Shown: in pieces, positions 1-9,200 of the stretch | Layout of the letters: every line of letters starts with the position of its first letter | How positions within the stretch are numbered: position 1 is the stretch's first letter | Assembly (NCBI GenBank): GCA_963692865.2 | Contig: OY843592.1 | Coordinates: 480,001-544,000 of the forward strand | Length of the DNA stretch: 64,000 bases | Direction: 5' to 3' | Source: a bacterium | Lineage (GTDB): Bacteria; UBA8248 | Made by a program: the position numbers and the translations under genes | The notes under the pieces: generated by a model | Database searches by the model: none | What the model was told of the DNA's origin: nothing | The model's input: the letters and a program-made list of their open reading frames with translations, nothing else

Positions 1-144
1 AAAACACTCCTCTTTGCCGCCTGAATTTCTCCCGCGCGCCATCCACGCACACATCCTTTTTTCGAACTGTTCCGTCAATTCCTCCCGCATCCGGATTGTT
101 GAAAAACCCCGTGGAGCGATTTTGTTTGCGTACGCTTTTTGAAG

Positions 145-301
145 TTCACTCCCCCCTTGAGGGGGAGTCATAGAGGCCGAGTCCTCTGGACGAAGGCCGA
201 TATGGTGGGGGGATGGTTTCAACAAAGTCAAAAGCTCCCCCCACCGATTCGGTTTCGGGTTTTCACCCTCACCTCATCGACTCCCCCTCAAGGGGGAGTG
301 G
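145..301. repeat. Palindromic REP/MITE-like element, family A (ACTCCCCC[C]TTGAGGGGGAGT ends)
   Basis: Inverted terminal palindromes at 145-170 and 279-301. Related copy at 25920-26103; half copies at 6973-6990 and 35813-35835. Confidence 0.75.
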
Positions 302-395
302 TTCCCCTCTATCTCGTTTGTCGGCAACGCTGTTCAAGGGCGAAATTCGCAACTGCAAAGGCGGGGGGAATGCGGGTCGGCGCCGCGCCCGGCCA

Positions 396-1397
396 TCAGC
401 CTTCCGGCGGTTCGTGGCCGAGATGCCGGTTCGCCGCCGTGAGAGTTTCGATCGCCCCGCGGGCGATCCGCTCGACGAGCTCGCCCGCGCCCGGGCGGTC
501 GGCGATCAGGTCCAGCCCCTCGCCGGCGAAGGTGACCGCCATCTCCGTGTCCCCCTCGCGCTGGGCCGCGAAGAAGCGCTCGCGCATCGAGGGGTTCCGG
601 GCGCGGAGTTCCTCGTCGCGGCCATGCCAGGCGTCGGCGAAGGCGTTGCGGATGGCGCGCCCGGTGTAGGGTTCCGGCCAGGCGATGCCCCGGGCCGTGT
701 CGAAGGCCTTGGTGCGCAGCGTGTGGTCGCCGCCGGTTCGCTCGATCAGCGCTTTCTGTTTCGGATGGCCGAGCGCCTCCCGCGTGGCCGCAAAACGGGT
801 GCCGATCAGAACGGCCTCCGCGCCCAGCATCAGGGCGGCGGCCAAGCCGCGCCCGTCCCCGATGCCGCCTGCGGCGGCGACCGGAATCGGCGCCACCGCG
901 TCTGCGACCGCCGGGACGAGCGGCAGCGTGGAGCGCTCCGCCCCGTGGCCCCCGGCCTCCGTGCCCTGGGCGACGATGATTTGGGCGCCCATCGCCGCCG
1001 CCTCCCGGGCGTCTTTCAGCGTCTGGACCTGGCAGATAAGCGCCGCGCCCGCTTCCCGTATCTTCGCGGCGTAAGGTTCGATATCGCCGAAGGAGAGCAT
1101 GACGGCCCTCGGACGGCATTCGAGCGCTGCGTCGAGCGCGCCGGGCCGCTTATCCAGCGCCCAGGTGATGAAGCCGATCCCGACCGGGTGTTCGCCCGCC
1201 TTGTCGAACTCCGCCCGAATCCACGCATCCGATCCGTAGCCGAAGGCGGGGTCGGCGTAGCCTGCGCCGATGAGGCCCAGCCCGCCGGCGGCGGAGACTT
1301 CGCGGGCCAGCGCGCCGCCCGCCACGCCGCCCATCGGGGCGAGCAGGATCGGGTGGTCGATGTTCAGGAGACGGGTGATCGCGGTGGAGAGTTTCAT
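396..1397 (-). CDS. Nitronate monooxygenase family flavin oxidoreductase
   Basis: Motifs HPILLAPMGGV, AQGTEAGGHG, AAGGIGDGRG, IGTRF. Start chosen at MKLSTAIT. Confidence 0.88.
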   Translation of the reverse strand: MKLSTAITRLLNIDHPILLAPMGGVAGGALAREVSAAGGLGLIGAGYADPAFGYGSDAWIRAEFDKAGEHPVGIGFITWALDKRPGALDAALECRPRAVMLSFGDIEPYAAKIREAGAALICQVQTLKDAREAAAMGAQIIVAQGTEAGGHGAERSTLPLVPAVADAVAPIPVAAAGGIGDGRGLAAALMLGAEAVLIGTRFAATREALGHPKQKALIERTGGDHTLRTKAFDTARGIAWPEPYTGRAIRNAFADAWHGRDEELRARNPSMRERFFAAQREGDTEMAVTFAGEGLDLIADRPGAGELVERIARGAIETLTAANRHLGHEPPEG

Positions 1398-1585
1398 GCC
1401 CGAGAGCATGGCGGCGAAGCCCGGGGTTGTCAAACGCAGCGCCCGGCCTGAAGAGCGCCTCCCGCCCCGGTTCACGCTCCTCCGGGCGCATGTCATAATG
1501 ACGAACAACCCGTTCCGGTGGGCGCGAAGGGCGTCACCATCGTGGTGAAGCGCGCGCGCCGGCCGATGGCTGAAAGGAGTCCGAG

Positions 1586-2530
1586 ATGAGCGCTTCTGCG
1601 AAGAATGGTTGGAAACCTCTGGACTGGGCGGATTTTCCGGAGGGCTTCACTCCCTTCTTCCTCGACCCGACGGGGGTGCGGCTCGATGCGAAGGAACTCT
1701 CCCCGGGGGTGTATGCGCTTCTTTCCTCCGTCCCCAACGTGGACAACGCCGGTTTCGTCGTGGGCGACAGGGACGTCCTCGTCGTCGACGCCCACATCAA
1801 CCCGGCCATGGCGCGCCAGATTCAGGAGCGGGTGCGCGAGGTGACCGACAAGCCCATGTGCTACCTCGTCAACTCCAACTACCACGGAGACCACACCTTC
1901 GGGAACTGCGCGTTCCCGGCGGAGACGCTGATCATCCAGCACCGCATGACGGCGGCGCTCGTCCCCTATCACGAGGAAGAGAGGCGCTTCATGCTGCCCT
2001 GCGTGGGGAACGACCCGAAGATTCTGGAGGAGGTGGAACTGCGCCACGCCGACGTCGTCTTCGACGACTTCCTGCAAATCGACCTGGGGGGGAAGGTGGT
2101 GGAGCTGCGCTATTTCGGCCCGGCGAACACCCCCGGCGACACCATCACCTACGTCCCGGAGGCGAAGGTCGCCTGGACGGGCAACATGACGGGCGGGAAC
2201 CTCATCGTCCCCCTGGAGAGCGACGCGCCGACCTACATGAACTCGATCGCGCGCCTCGCCCAGGCGCTCGAGGTCGAAACGCTCGTTCCCGCCCACAACC
2301 CCATGTCGGGGCCGGAACTCCTGGGCGGGTACATGCAGTACCTGAGCGACGTGACCCAGGCCGTGCGGGGGGCGCACAGCGCCGGATGGACGCTCGCCGA
2401 GGCGATGGAGCGAATCACGCTCGACCTCGACAGGCCCTACGCCCCGCCCGCGGATCACCCGCGGTTCGACTTCTTCGGGGATCTTCACAGCTACGCCGTG
2501 ATGAAAACCTACCAGTCCCTCGCGGGGTGA
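1586..2530 (+). CDS. Metallo-beta-lactamase-fold protein (cyclase-like) with altered metal ligands
   Basis: NAGFVVG..VLVVD, NSNYHGDHTFGN, PANTPGD, VPAH. AAGGAG RBS upstream. Confidence 0.85.
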   Translation: MSASAKNGWKPLDWADFPEGFTPFFLDPTGVRLDAKELSPGVYALLSSVPNVDNAGFVVGDRDVLVVDAHINPAMARQIQERVREVTDKPMCYLVNSNYHGDHTFGNCAFPAETLIIQHRMTAALVPYHEEERRFMLPCVGNDPKILEEVELRHADVVFDDFLQIDLGGKVVELRYFGPANTPGDTITYVPEAKVAWTGNMTGGNLIVPLESDAPTYMNSIARLAQALEVETLVPAHNPMSGPELLGGYMQYLSDVTQAVRGAHSAGWTLAEAMERITLDLDRPYAPPADHPRFDFFGDLHSYAVMKTYQSLAG

Positions 2531-2679
2531 CGAGGCCGGAGCATGTTCGCGCAACGCCGGCCGCGTTCCAGGGATATTGAAAAATCCTTGATTCCGTGAT
2601 TTGGTGCATGGAACCAACCGGGGAAGAGAGGCCTTAAGGACAGGACGCGACCTATCCTTGCGTGGCGATGCGGTTTTTT

Positions 2680-2822
2680 CGTCATTCCGGCGAAAGCCGG
2701 AATCCATTTGTTTTGCCTTTGTTTTTTCTTTTCTGACTGGTTCCAAACAATGACGGGGATATGAAAAGCCGGAGTATTGTTATTCCGCTTGAAAATGGAT
2801 TCCGGCTTTCGCCGGAATGACG
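2680..2822. repeat. Inverted REP doublet, family B (GTCATTCCGGCGAAAGCCGGAATCCA)
   Basis: Copy on + at 2681-2706 and reverse complement at 2796-2821. 2680-2727 is identical to 7458-7505. Confidence 0.85.
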
Positions 2823-2957
2823 GCGGTGGCCAATTTCGAGCGAGGAGGGGGTTAACAACCCCATCGCGGGAGCGTTTGCGGAACCCGGATCATGGATTTT
2901 GACATAGTAAACGGCTACGAAAAATACGGGCGTTCACCAAGCCTGCCCTTATGAAAA

Positions 2958-3049
2958 TGGCGGAGAGGGAGGGATTCGAACCCCCGGTGCAGTCGCCTGC
3001 ACAACAGATTTCGAGTCTGCCGCCTTAAACCGGACTCGGCCACCTCTCC
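2958..3049 (-). tRNA. tRNA-Ser(CGA)
   Basis: Reverse complement reads GGAGAGGTGGCCGAG...GCAGA-CTCGAAA-TCTGT, then a long variable arm, GGTTCGAATCC and an encoded CCA. Confidence 0.95.
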
Positions 3050-3064
3050 GTAAGAATCGTCTCT

Positions 3065-3547
3065 TCAGCGCGCGGCCTGTCTCGCCTCGCGGGCGATGCG
3101 GCGCCGCTCCTCGAAAAAGGCGCGCAGCATCGCGGCGCTCTCCTCGGCCAATACGCCCGAGGTTATCGGCACGCGGTGGTTCACGCGCGGGTCCGAGGGA
3201 ATGTCGAACAAAGAGCCGCATGCCCCGCCCTTGGGGTCTGTGGCGCCGAATACGAGCCGCGCGATCCGCGAGTTGACGACCGCGCCCGCGCACATCGGGC
3301 ACGGCTCGAGCGTAACGTAGAGGGTCGCACCGTCGAGCCGCCAGATGCCGTCGGTCTCGGCGGCCTCTCTCAGCGCCAGCACTTCCGCGTGCGCGGTGGG
3401 GTCGCAGGCGGCCTCGCGCCTGTTGAATCCCCGGCCCAGCACCCGGCCCTCGCGCACCACCAGCGCGCCCACGGGCACGTCGCCCGCTTCTTCGGCCATC
3501 CTGGCCAACGCAAGCGCCTCCGCCATCCAGCGCTCGTCTTCTCTCAT
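3065..3547 (-). CDS. tadA: tRNA adenosine(34) deaminase
   Basis: VPVGA, PTAHAE, TLEPCPMC, DPKGGA; directly upstream of tRNA-Ser. Confidence 0.93.
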   Translation of the reverse strand: MREDERWMAEALALARMAEEAGDVPVGALVVREGRVLGRGFNRREAACDPTAHAEVLALREAAETDGIWRLDGATLYVTLEPCPMCAGAVVNSRIARLVFGATDPKGGACGSLFDIPSDPRVNHRVPITSGVLAEESAAMLRAFFEERRRIAREARQAAR

Positions 3548-3729
3548 CTGATCGGTTGAATACACTTCTCTTTCTCCATCCGGTTTTTCTCGCGGCCCCT
3601 AAAAGACCACGAATCGAAACCGCTGGCAAGCGGGGGAGCGTTTCCCGCGCATGGGGCGCGGCTCTTGCCCGATGCGGAAAAACCTGAGAATCTTGGAGCC
3701 TTACTCTCACTACATTGAAGGATGCCCCT

Positions 3730-4485
3730 ATGCTTTGGGAAGAACTCAGTTGGCCGCAGCACAAGGAAATGGCCCAAAACGGGGCCGTGGTCGTCATCCC
3801 CTTCGCCTCGATGGAACAGCACGGGCCGCACAGCCCCGTCGTTGTGGACACCCTGCTTTGTGAAAGCGTCTGCCGTAAGGCGGTGGAAGGCCTGGACAAC
3901 GTGCTGCTGACCCGCACGGTATGGACGGGCACGTCGCACCACCATTTCGAGTACCCGGGAACCATTTCGCTCAGGCTCGAAACCTACGTCGCCCTCATAA
4001 AGGACATCATCCGCTCCGTCGCCCATCACGGCTACAAGAAGGTATTCGTCGTGAACGGCCACGGCGGCAACGTGCAGCCCCTCCAGGCCACGCTGAACGA
4101 CATCGGCTACGACATCGAGCTCACCGTCTGGATGATCACCTACTTCCATCTGGGAAACGAAATCTCGGCGGAGATCAGAAAATCACCCGTCGGCGGCATG
4201 GCCCACAGCGGGGAGTTCGAAACCGCCATGATGCTCCACCTGCGCCCCGACCTGGTGAACATGGACGAGGCGGTGGATCAAATCAACGCGAACCCGCACC
4301 CCCTGGCGACGAAGGACATGCACCACCGCGGTATGCTCTTCCGCCCCGTGGACTTCAACCGGCACCGCGCCCCCTCGGGCGTAGCGGGAAGCCCAAGCGC
4401 GGCGACGGCGGAAAACGGGGCGCAATACTTCGAAGCCGTATCCGCGCGCCTGCGCGGGCTGATTGAAGAACTGGCTGCGCTTTAG
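3730..4485 (+). CDS. Creatininase/amidohydrolase family protein
   Basis: EQHGPH..D, SHHHFEYPGT, NGHGGN, HSGEFET motifs. Confidence 0.9.
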   Translation: MLWEELSWPQHKEMAQNGAVVVIPFASMEQHGPHSPVVVDTLLCESVCRKAVEGLDNVLLTRTVWTGTSHHHFEYPGTISLRLETYVALIKDIIRSVAHHGYKKVFVVNGHGGNVQPLQATLNDIGYDIELTVWMITYFHLGNEISAEIRKSPVGGMAHSGEFETAMMLHLRPDLVNMDEAVDQINANPHPLATKDMHHRGMLFRPVDFNRHRAPSGVAGSPSAATAENGAQYFEAVSARLRGLIEELAAL

Positions 4486-4487
4486 GC

Positions 4488-5369
4488 ATGGTCCGGATCG
4501 CAGGCGAGTCCTCCCGCACGGCGAGATATCTGAACCTGAGCCGCGCGGGGGCGGACGATCCCGTCATCATCTGCTATGAGGCCACAGGAGACGGCACGCC
4601 GGTCCTCTGCGTGCCGGGTCTTGGCGATACGGCCTGGGTCTGGCGCAAGATCGTCCCCACCCTCGCGAGCATGCACCGGGTCATCACTATGGAGCCGAGA
4701 GGGCACGGGCGCTCCTCGAGTCCTTCGGGGAAATACACGCTCGCCGAGATGGCGGGCGACGTAGGCGATGTCGCCGCGCGCCTGGGACTGAACCGGCCCG
4801 TCCTCATCGGGCACGGCCTGGGCGCGAGAGCGGCGCTTCTACTCGCCATCGAGCGGCCCCGCCTGCCCGGCGCGCTCGTTCTCATCTCGACGGGCGCCGC
4901 GCCCGCCGCCAAGCGCGTGCGCAGAGGGGTGGCCGAGCGCATCCACCTGGCCGAAGCGGGAGAGGTGCAGGAGGCCTACCGGAACAGGAAAAGCGAGGGC
5001 AGGGAACCCAGAGGCATGACCCCCAGGGAGCGCGCCGAGCACCACCGCCTTTTCCTTCGGGGCGACGCTTCGGGATACGCCTCGGCAGGATACGCGGAGC
5101 TTCTCGCGCCCGACCTCACTGAGCGTCTCGGCGAAGTCGCCTGCGCAGCACTTGCGCTCACGGGCGAGGAAGACCCCGAATACCACGAGGACGCGCAGAC
5201 CCTCTCGGCGGGGATTCGAGATTGTGAGTCTTTTCTCATCGAGGGGGCGGGCCGCTACGCGCAACTGGACAGGCCCGAGGCGGTGCTCGCCCTCATCCAT
5301 GATTTTTTCAGAAAACACCACCTTTCAGTCGCCAAATCAATGGAGGCAACCCATGAGCCGATTGATTGA
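4488..5369 (+). CDS. Alpha/beta-hydrolase-fold protein lacking catalytic Ser and His
   Basis: PRGHGRS motif is present, but the nucleophile elbow reads GHGLG and the His loop reads GAGRY. Confidence 0.8.
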   Translation: MVRIAGESSRTARYLNLSRAGADDPVIICYEATGDGTPVLCVPGLGDTAWVWRKIVPTLASMHRVITMEPRGHGRSSSPSGKYTLAEMAGDVGDVAARLGLNRPVLIGHGLGARAALLLAIERPRLPGALVLISTGAAPAAKRVRRGVAERIHLAEAGEVQEAYRNRKSEGREPRGMTPRERAEHHRLFLRGDASGYASAGYAELLAPDLTERLGEVACAALALTGEEDPEYHEDAQTLSAGIRDCESFLIEGAGRYAQLDRPEAVLALIHDFFRKHHLSVAKSMEATHEPID

Positions 5370-6033
5370 TCTTACAGCCCCCCTGGGACATCCCGACCTT
5401 TGCGAGGTGCCGACGTTTCCCCCGGTGGAATACTGGCAGTTTCACGAACATCCCACGCACGGCCGGCAGAACAGCGCGGTCCGGATGGCGATCCACCAGG
5501 GAACGCACCTGGACGCGCCCAGCCATTTCTTTCCCGACGGCGCCAACATCGACGAGATGCCGCTCGAAACCTTCTGCGGCCGCGCCGTGAAGATCGACTT
5601 GAGGGATACCGCGCAGGAGGCGGGCCCCATCACCCGGGAGATGATCGAGGCAAGCCCCGGCTTCGAGCCCGGGCGCCTGGAGGGCGCCATCGCCGTCACG
5701 TGGACGGGCTGGGCGAAGGAGAAGCTCTTCACGCCCGATTACTTCGCCACCAACCCTTACCTGGATACGGAGGCGTGCAACTTCCTGTGCGATTGCGGCA
5801 TGAAGGCCCTTTGCATGGACCACGGGATCGACCCGGGCATGACGGCCGACTTCGTCGCCCACCACGGGGACTCCCCCGGCCACCGGGCGGTGCTGGGGCG
5901 GGGCGTTCCGCTCATCGAGCACGTCATCAACCTGGAAACCTTCGAGGAGACGGAATTCGAGATGTTCGCATTTCCCGTGAAACTCTACAGAATCGAGGGC
6001 GCGCCCGCGCGGGTGGTCGCGCGGCTCGCTTGA
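5353..6033 (+). CDS. Cyclase family (kynurenine formamidase-like) metal hydrolase
   Basis: HQGTHLDAPSH motif and C-terminal GAPARVVA. GGAGG RBS. Confidence 0.9.
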   Translation: MSRLIDLTAPLGHPDLCEVPTFPPVEYWQFHEHPTHGRQNSAVRMAIHQGTHLDAPSHFFPDGANIDEMPLETFCGRAVKIDLRDTAQEAGPITREMIEASPGFEPGRLEGAIAVTWTGWAKEKLFTPDYFATNPYLDTEACNFLCDCGMKALCMDHGIDPGMTADFVAHHGDSPGHRAVLGRGVPLIEHVINLETFEETEFEMFAFPVKLYRIEGAPARVVARLA

Positions 6034-6051
6034 ATTAAAAGGAGCGCAACA

Positions 6052-6444
6052 TTGCCGTTTTACCGAATATCCGAGATGGAAACGAAGCACATCGACATGG
6101 GCAAGGCGCAGACACAGAGCGTCGCCGGGGAACTCATGAAGGCGGGGATGATCACCTACCCCGCAGACGGCGGCCCGCCGCCGCACTATCACCCCAACGA
6201 GGAGCAGTTCCTTCTGGTGATGGAGGGAAAGGCGAACGTGATTCTGGGCGATGAGACCCGCGTCGTCGGCCCCGGCGACCTGGTGCACATCCGCCGCAAC
6301 GAGCGCCACGGCCTCCGCATCACCGAGGGACCTTTCGCCTTTTTCACCGTAAAAAGCCCCGCCGGCGACGGCGATCTGTATCAGGACTACAACAAGGCCG
6401 AAGACGCCGACGAGGCGCGGGAGAAACTGGAATCCACATTATAG
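6052..6444 (+). CDS. Cupin domain protein (tandem copy 1)
   Basis: PPPHYHPNEEQ and a downstream His motif; AAGGAG RBS before a TTG start. Confidence 0.85.
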   Translation: MPFYRISEMETKHIDMGKAQTQSVAGELMKAGMITYPADGGPPPHYHPNEEQFLLVMEGKANVILGDETRVVGPGDLVHIRRNERHGLRITEGPFAFFTVKSPAGDGDLYQDYNKAEDADEAREKLESTL

Positions 6445-6473
6445 GACCACTTCCAAGACCAAGGAGATTTTGC

Positions 6474-6860
6474 ATGCCGTTTTACAGAATGGAAGACCTC
6501 CCCCAGGGCTCCTCGAAAGTAGGCCCCGCCGTGAGCCACGCGACGGCGGGCGAACTGATGAAGGTGGGCTGGGTGATTTATCCCCAGGGAGACGGACCGC
6601 CGCCGCACTTTCATCCCAACGAGGAGCAGTACATCCTGATGCTCGAAGGGAAGATGAACATGATCTGTGGCGAGGAGGTGCGCGAGATCGGCCCCGGCGA
6701 GCTGGTGCACATCCCGAGAAACACGCGCCACGGCATCCACATTACAGAAGGCCCCGCGAAGTTCTTCGCCGTCAAGAGCCCGGCGGGCGACGGCACGCTG
6801 GATCAGGACTACAACAAGGCGGCAGATGCGGACGAGGTGACCGAGCGACTCAAGAACTAG
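6474..6860 (+). CDS. Cupin domain protein (tandem copy 2)
   Basis: PPPHFHPNEEQ; colinear paralog of 6052..6444. Confidence 0.87.
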   Translation: MPFYRMEDLPQGSSKVGPAVSHATAGELMKVGWVIYPQGDGPPPHFHPNEEQYILMLEGKMNMICGEEVREIGPGELVHIPRNTRHGIHITEGPAKFFAVKSPAGDGTLDQDYNKAADADEVTERLKN

Positions 6861-6972
6861 CAGGCTGAACGAGAAAAGCCGGTGGACCATTCCACTGGCT
6901 TTTTGGGGGAATGATACACATGACTCGAAAGAGAGGTTCCGTGCTCTGGATTTGAAAGGGAACGATGTAATC

Positions 6973-7505
6973 ATTCCCCCCTTGAGGGGGTTGAAAAAGT
7001 CCGATGCGGCGCAATCCCCCTCCCCGTCCTGCGCAGCCTGCCGCTCCGCCTCACCCTGAGAAGCGGCCCCCTCGACTTCGCTCGGGGCAAGCTCCGCTGT
7101 CCCCCCATCTTCCTCACCCCGAGTAGCCGCCGAAGGCGGCGTATCGAAGGGCGAATTTCGCGCCCGCCAGCGAGATGCCCTCCCATCCTTCGATACGGCG
7201 CATACGCGCCTACTCAGGATGAGGGTTCGGGGCGCTGGGATGAGGGCGTCAAGCGTTCTGCGAAGCCCGATACCGCGCGGTGGGTCAATCCCGACGGCGA
7301 CCCCTGCACATCCCCATCGAATGGCGACCGTAGGGGCGGACCTGCGTGTCCGCCCTGTTTTACCGTTGCGTTGTCGTTACGAGATGGATACCCGAAGGCG
7401 GGCGGACACGCAGGTCCGCCCCTACGGGAAACATTCCTTTGGAGAGACCGCAACGCCCGTCATTCCGGCGAAAGCCGGAATCCATTTGTTTTGCCTTTGT
7501 TTTTT
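6973..7505. repeat. Composite intergenic repeat cluster (families A, B, C and GTAG-type REPs)
   Basis: CTCACCCcGAGTAGCCGCCGAAGGCGGCGTATCGAAGGG...CTACTCAGGATGAGG (7112-7224) recurs at 20128-20270. Inverted GTAGGGGCGGACC..GTGTCCGCCC pair at 7330-7425. Confidence 0.8.
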
Positions 7506-8031
7506 ATTGCTGCGCCTGGGCGTCCTGCATCCGTTTCTTCCTGAACTGCACGGCCTGGATGACGTCCTGCCAGACGAGACGCCCCAGAGGCCCCGAACTG
7601 TAGAGCGATATGTTCACCTTGCCGTCCGGTGAAAGCAGAAAGTTGGTGGCGTGGAGGAAGGGCCTCGGTTTCTCGCCCGCCTCGGGTGAGTAGAAAGCGC
7701 CCGTCGCCTCCGAGATGCGAGCGGGGTCCAGGCTGTGTCCAACCGGAAAATTCACCTTGCCGGCTTCGATGGATTGCAACGCTTCCTCTTCGGGGTCGGT
7801 GGACGCCGCCACCACCTTGATGCCCTCTGCTTCCAGTCTTTCTCCCGCCCGGGAGAATCCCGCCATCTGGGCGAGTCAGTAGGGTCACCAATGGCTGCGG
7901 TAGAAGAGGACGACGCCCCACGAACCCAGCAAGTCATTGGGCAAAGAGATTTTTCCGCCGCCCACCTTGGGAATCTCGAGACTCGGGAAATCATCCCCGG
8001 TGTCCAGGAAGAACCGGTTCACTTTCGGCAT
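7504..8031 (-). CDS. Peroxiredoxin-like (AhpC/TSA, Trx-fold) selenoprotein with UxxU motif, 175 aa
   Basis: One frame MPKVNRFFLDTGDDFPSL...FYRSHW-TGA-P-Y-TGA-LAQMAGF...Q-TAA, with TGAs at 7885-7887 and 7876-7878. Colinear with paralog 8188..8688. GGAG RBS; downstream hairpin at 7840-7857. Confidence 0.85.
7840..7857 (-). promoter_or_regulatory. Candidate bacterial SECIS hairpin (UUCUCCC-GGGC-GGGAGAA)
   Basis: Perfect 7-bp stem with a G-rich tetraloop, 18 nt 3' of the second UGA. Confidence 0.55.
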
Positions 8032-8135
8032 GATGGACTCCACTTTGTCGTGATGATGAATGCGGCTGTTTCATGTGCCTGGGATGTTACCTCTCCTGAA
8101 AGACCATGAAAACCGGCCCGCCGGACTCGCGCGCG

Positions 8136-8173
8136 AAAAAACACCCCCTCGAAGCCGAAACCCGAGGGGGTGT
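8136..8173 (-). terminator. Intrinsic terminator between the two Prx-like paralogs
   Basis: Minus strand ACACCCCCTCG...CGAGGGGGTGT followed by a T run. Confidence 0.7.
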
Positions 8174-8187
8174 CCAAAAGACGCGCG

Positions 8188-8688
8188 CTAGTTCTGGGAA
8201 GCCATCATCTTCTTCTGGAACTGAACCAGACCCACCACGTCCTGCCACACGAGGCGGCCGATGGGGCCGGTGCTGTAGACGGCAACGGCCACCGTTCCAT
8301 CGGGCTTCAGGACGTAGCCCGTGCTGTGGATGATCTGGCGTTTTTCCTCATAGAAACAACCCGTGAGCTCGGAAATATGCTTGTTGTCCAGGCCATAGCC
8401 CACGGGGAAGTTGATCCCGCATTCCTCAATCGTTCCCTTCGCGTTCTCCTCCGTGTCCACGGAGGCTGCAACAACCCTGACGCCTTCTTCCTTGAGCTTC
8501 GCCGCCCTGTCGAAGGCCGTAAGCTGCTGCTTGCAGTACGGTCACCAGTGTCCGCGGTAGAGCAGAACCACCCCCCAATCGCCCGCAAGGTCGCCGGGCA
8601 GGGAGATTTTTCCTCCCCCCACCTGGTCCACCTCGAGGCTCGGGAAGGGGTCGCCCGAGTCGATCATCTTGTCCGTCATTCGTGGCAT
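8188..8688 (-). CDS. Peroxiredoxin-like (AhpC/TSA, Trx-fold) selenoprotein with UxxC motif, 166 aa
   Basis: ORFs 8542..8778 and 8188..8460 share a frame: MPRMTDKMIDSGDPF...LYRGHW-TGA(8542-8544)-PYCKQQL. AGGAGG RBS; hairpin at 8495-8525. Confidence 0.88.
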
Positions 8689-8921
8689 CAATGCGCCCTC
8701 CTGAAAATGAATGAAGTGAAAAAGCCTGAGACTCCAAGTTCTGAAACGCGACCATTTATACTCCTCAGGCGGAGACATTTCAAACCGAAGCGGGCCTCTC
8801 CCGAAACGTCGCGGCGATGAAGCACGCGTTTTTCACCCCGGCGGTCTTGACACCGCGATGGCCCCTTTTTAGCATAGGCCCACTTTTTCAAAAGGCTCTC
8901 GATGAGCACAGGAGACCCTCA

Positions 8922-9200
8922 ATGAGCAATGCGACTTCTTGTGAATGCAAGACCATAAAACTGCAGGGCGAATACGAAAAGGCGGCCGGCGCATGCAACC
9001 ACGAGATTCACCTGTCCGATGAGGACACGGAGCGCTATCTGCCCCGCGATGAATCCCAGGAAAACATGATCATCTCGAAAGAATGCCGGATTCCCCCCCT
9101 CACCAGCGTCATCCGCTACGGCGAGGGTTATTACGTCCTCAAAAAAGGCCGGGTCATGCGGGAGGGCTTCAGCCGGACGCTCCCCGAGTACAAGCAGTAA
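8922..9200 (+). CDS. Small hypothetical protein containing Cys and His residues
   Basis: AGGAG RBS before ATG 8922; plausible protein composition (CECK, CNHEIH). Confidence 0.6.
   Translation: MSNATSCECKTIKLQGEYEKAAGACNHEIHLSDEDTERYLPRDESQENMIISKECRIPPLTSVIRYGEGYYVLKKGRVMREGFSRTLPEYKQ

Noticed and set aside
2575-2960. Prophage or integrative element at the tRNA-Ser 3' end
   Set aside because: No integrase and no duplicated tRNA 3' end were noticed in the window.
2958-3049. Long-variable-arm tRNA as tRNA-Sec
   Set aside because: The anticodon is CGA (Ser), not UCA, and the acceptor stem is a standard 7 bp.
6973-7505. Repeat clusters as a CRISPR array
   Set aside because: No regularly spaced direct repeats with unique spacers and no cas genes; the repeats are dispersed palindromes.
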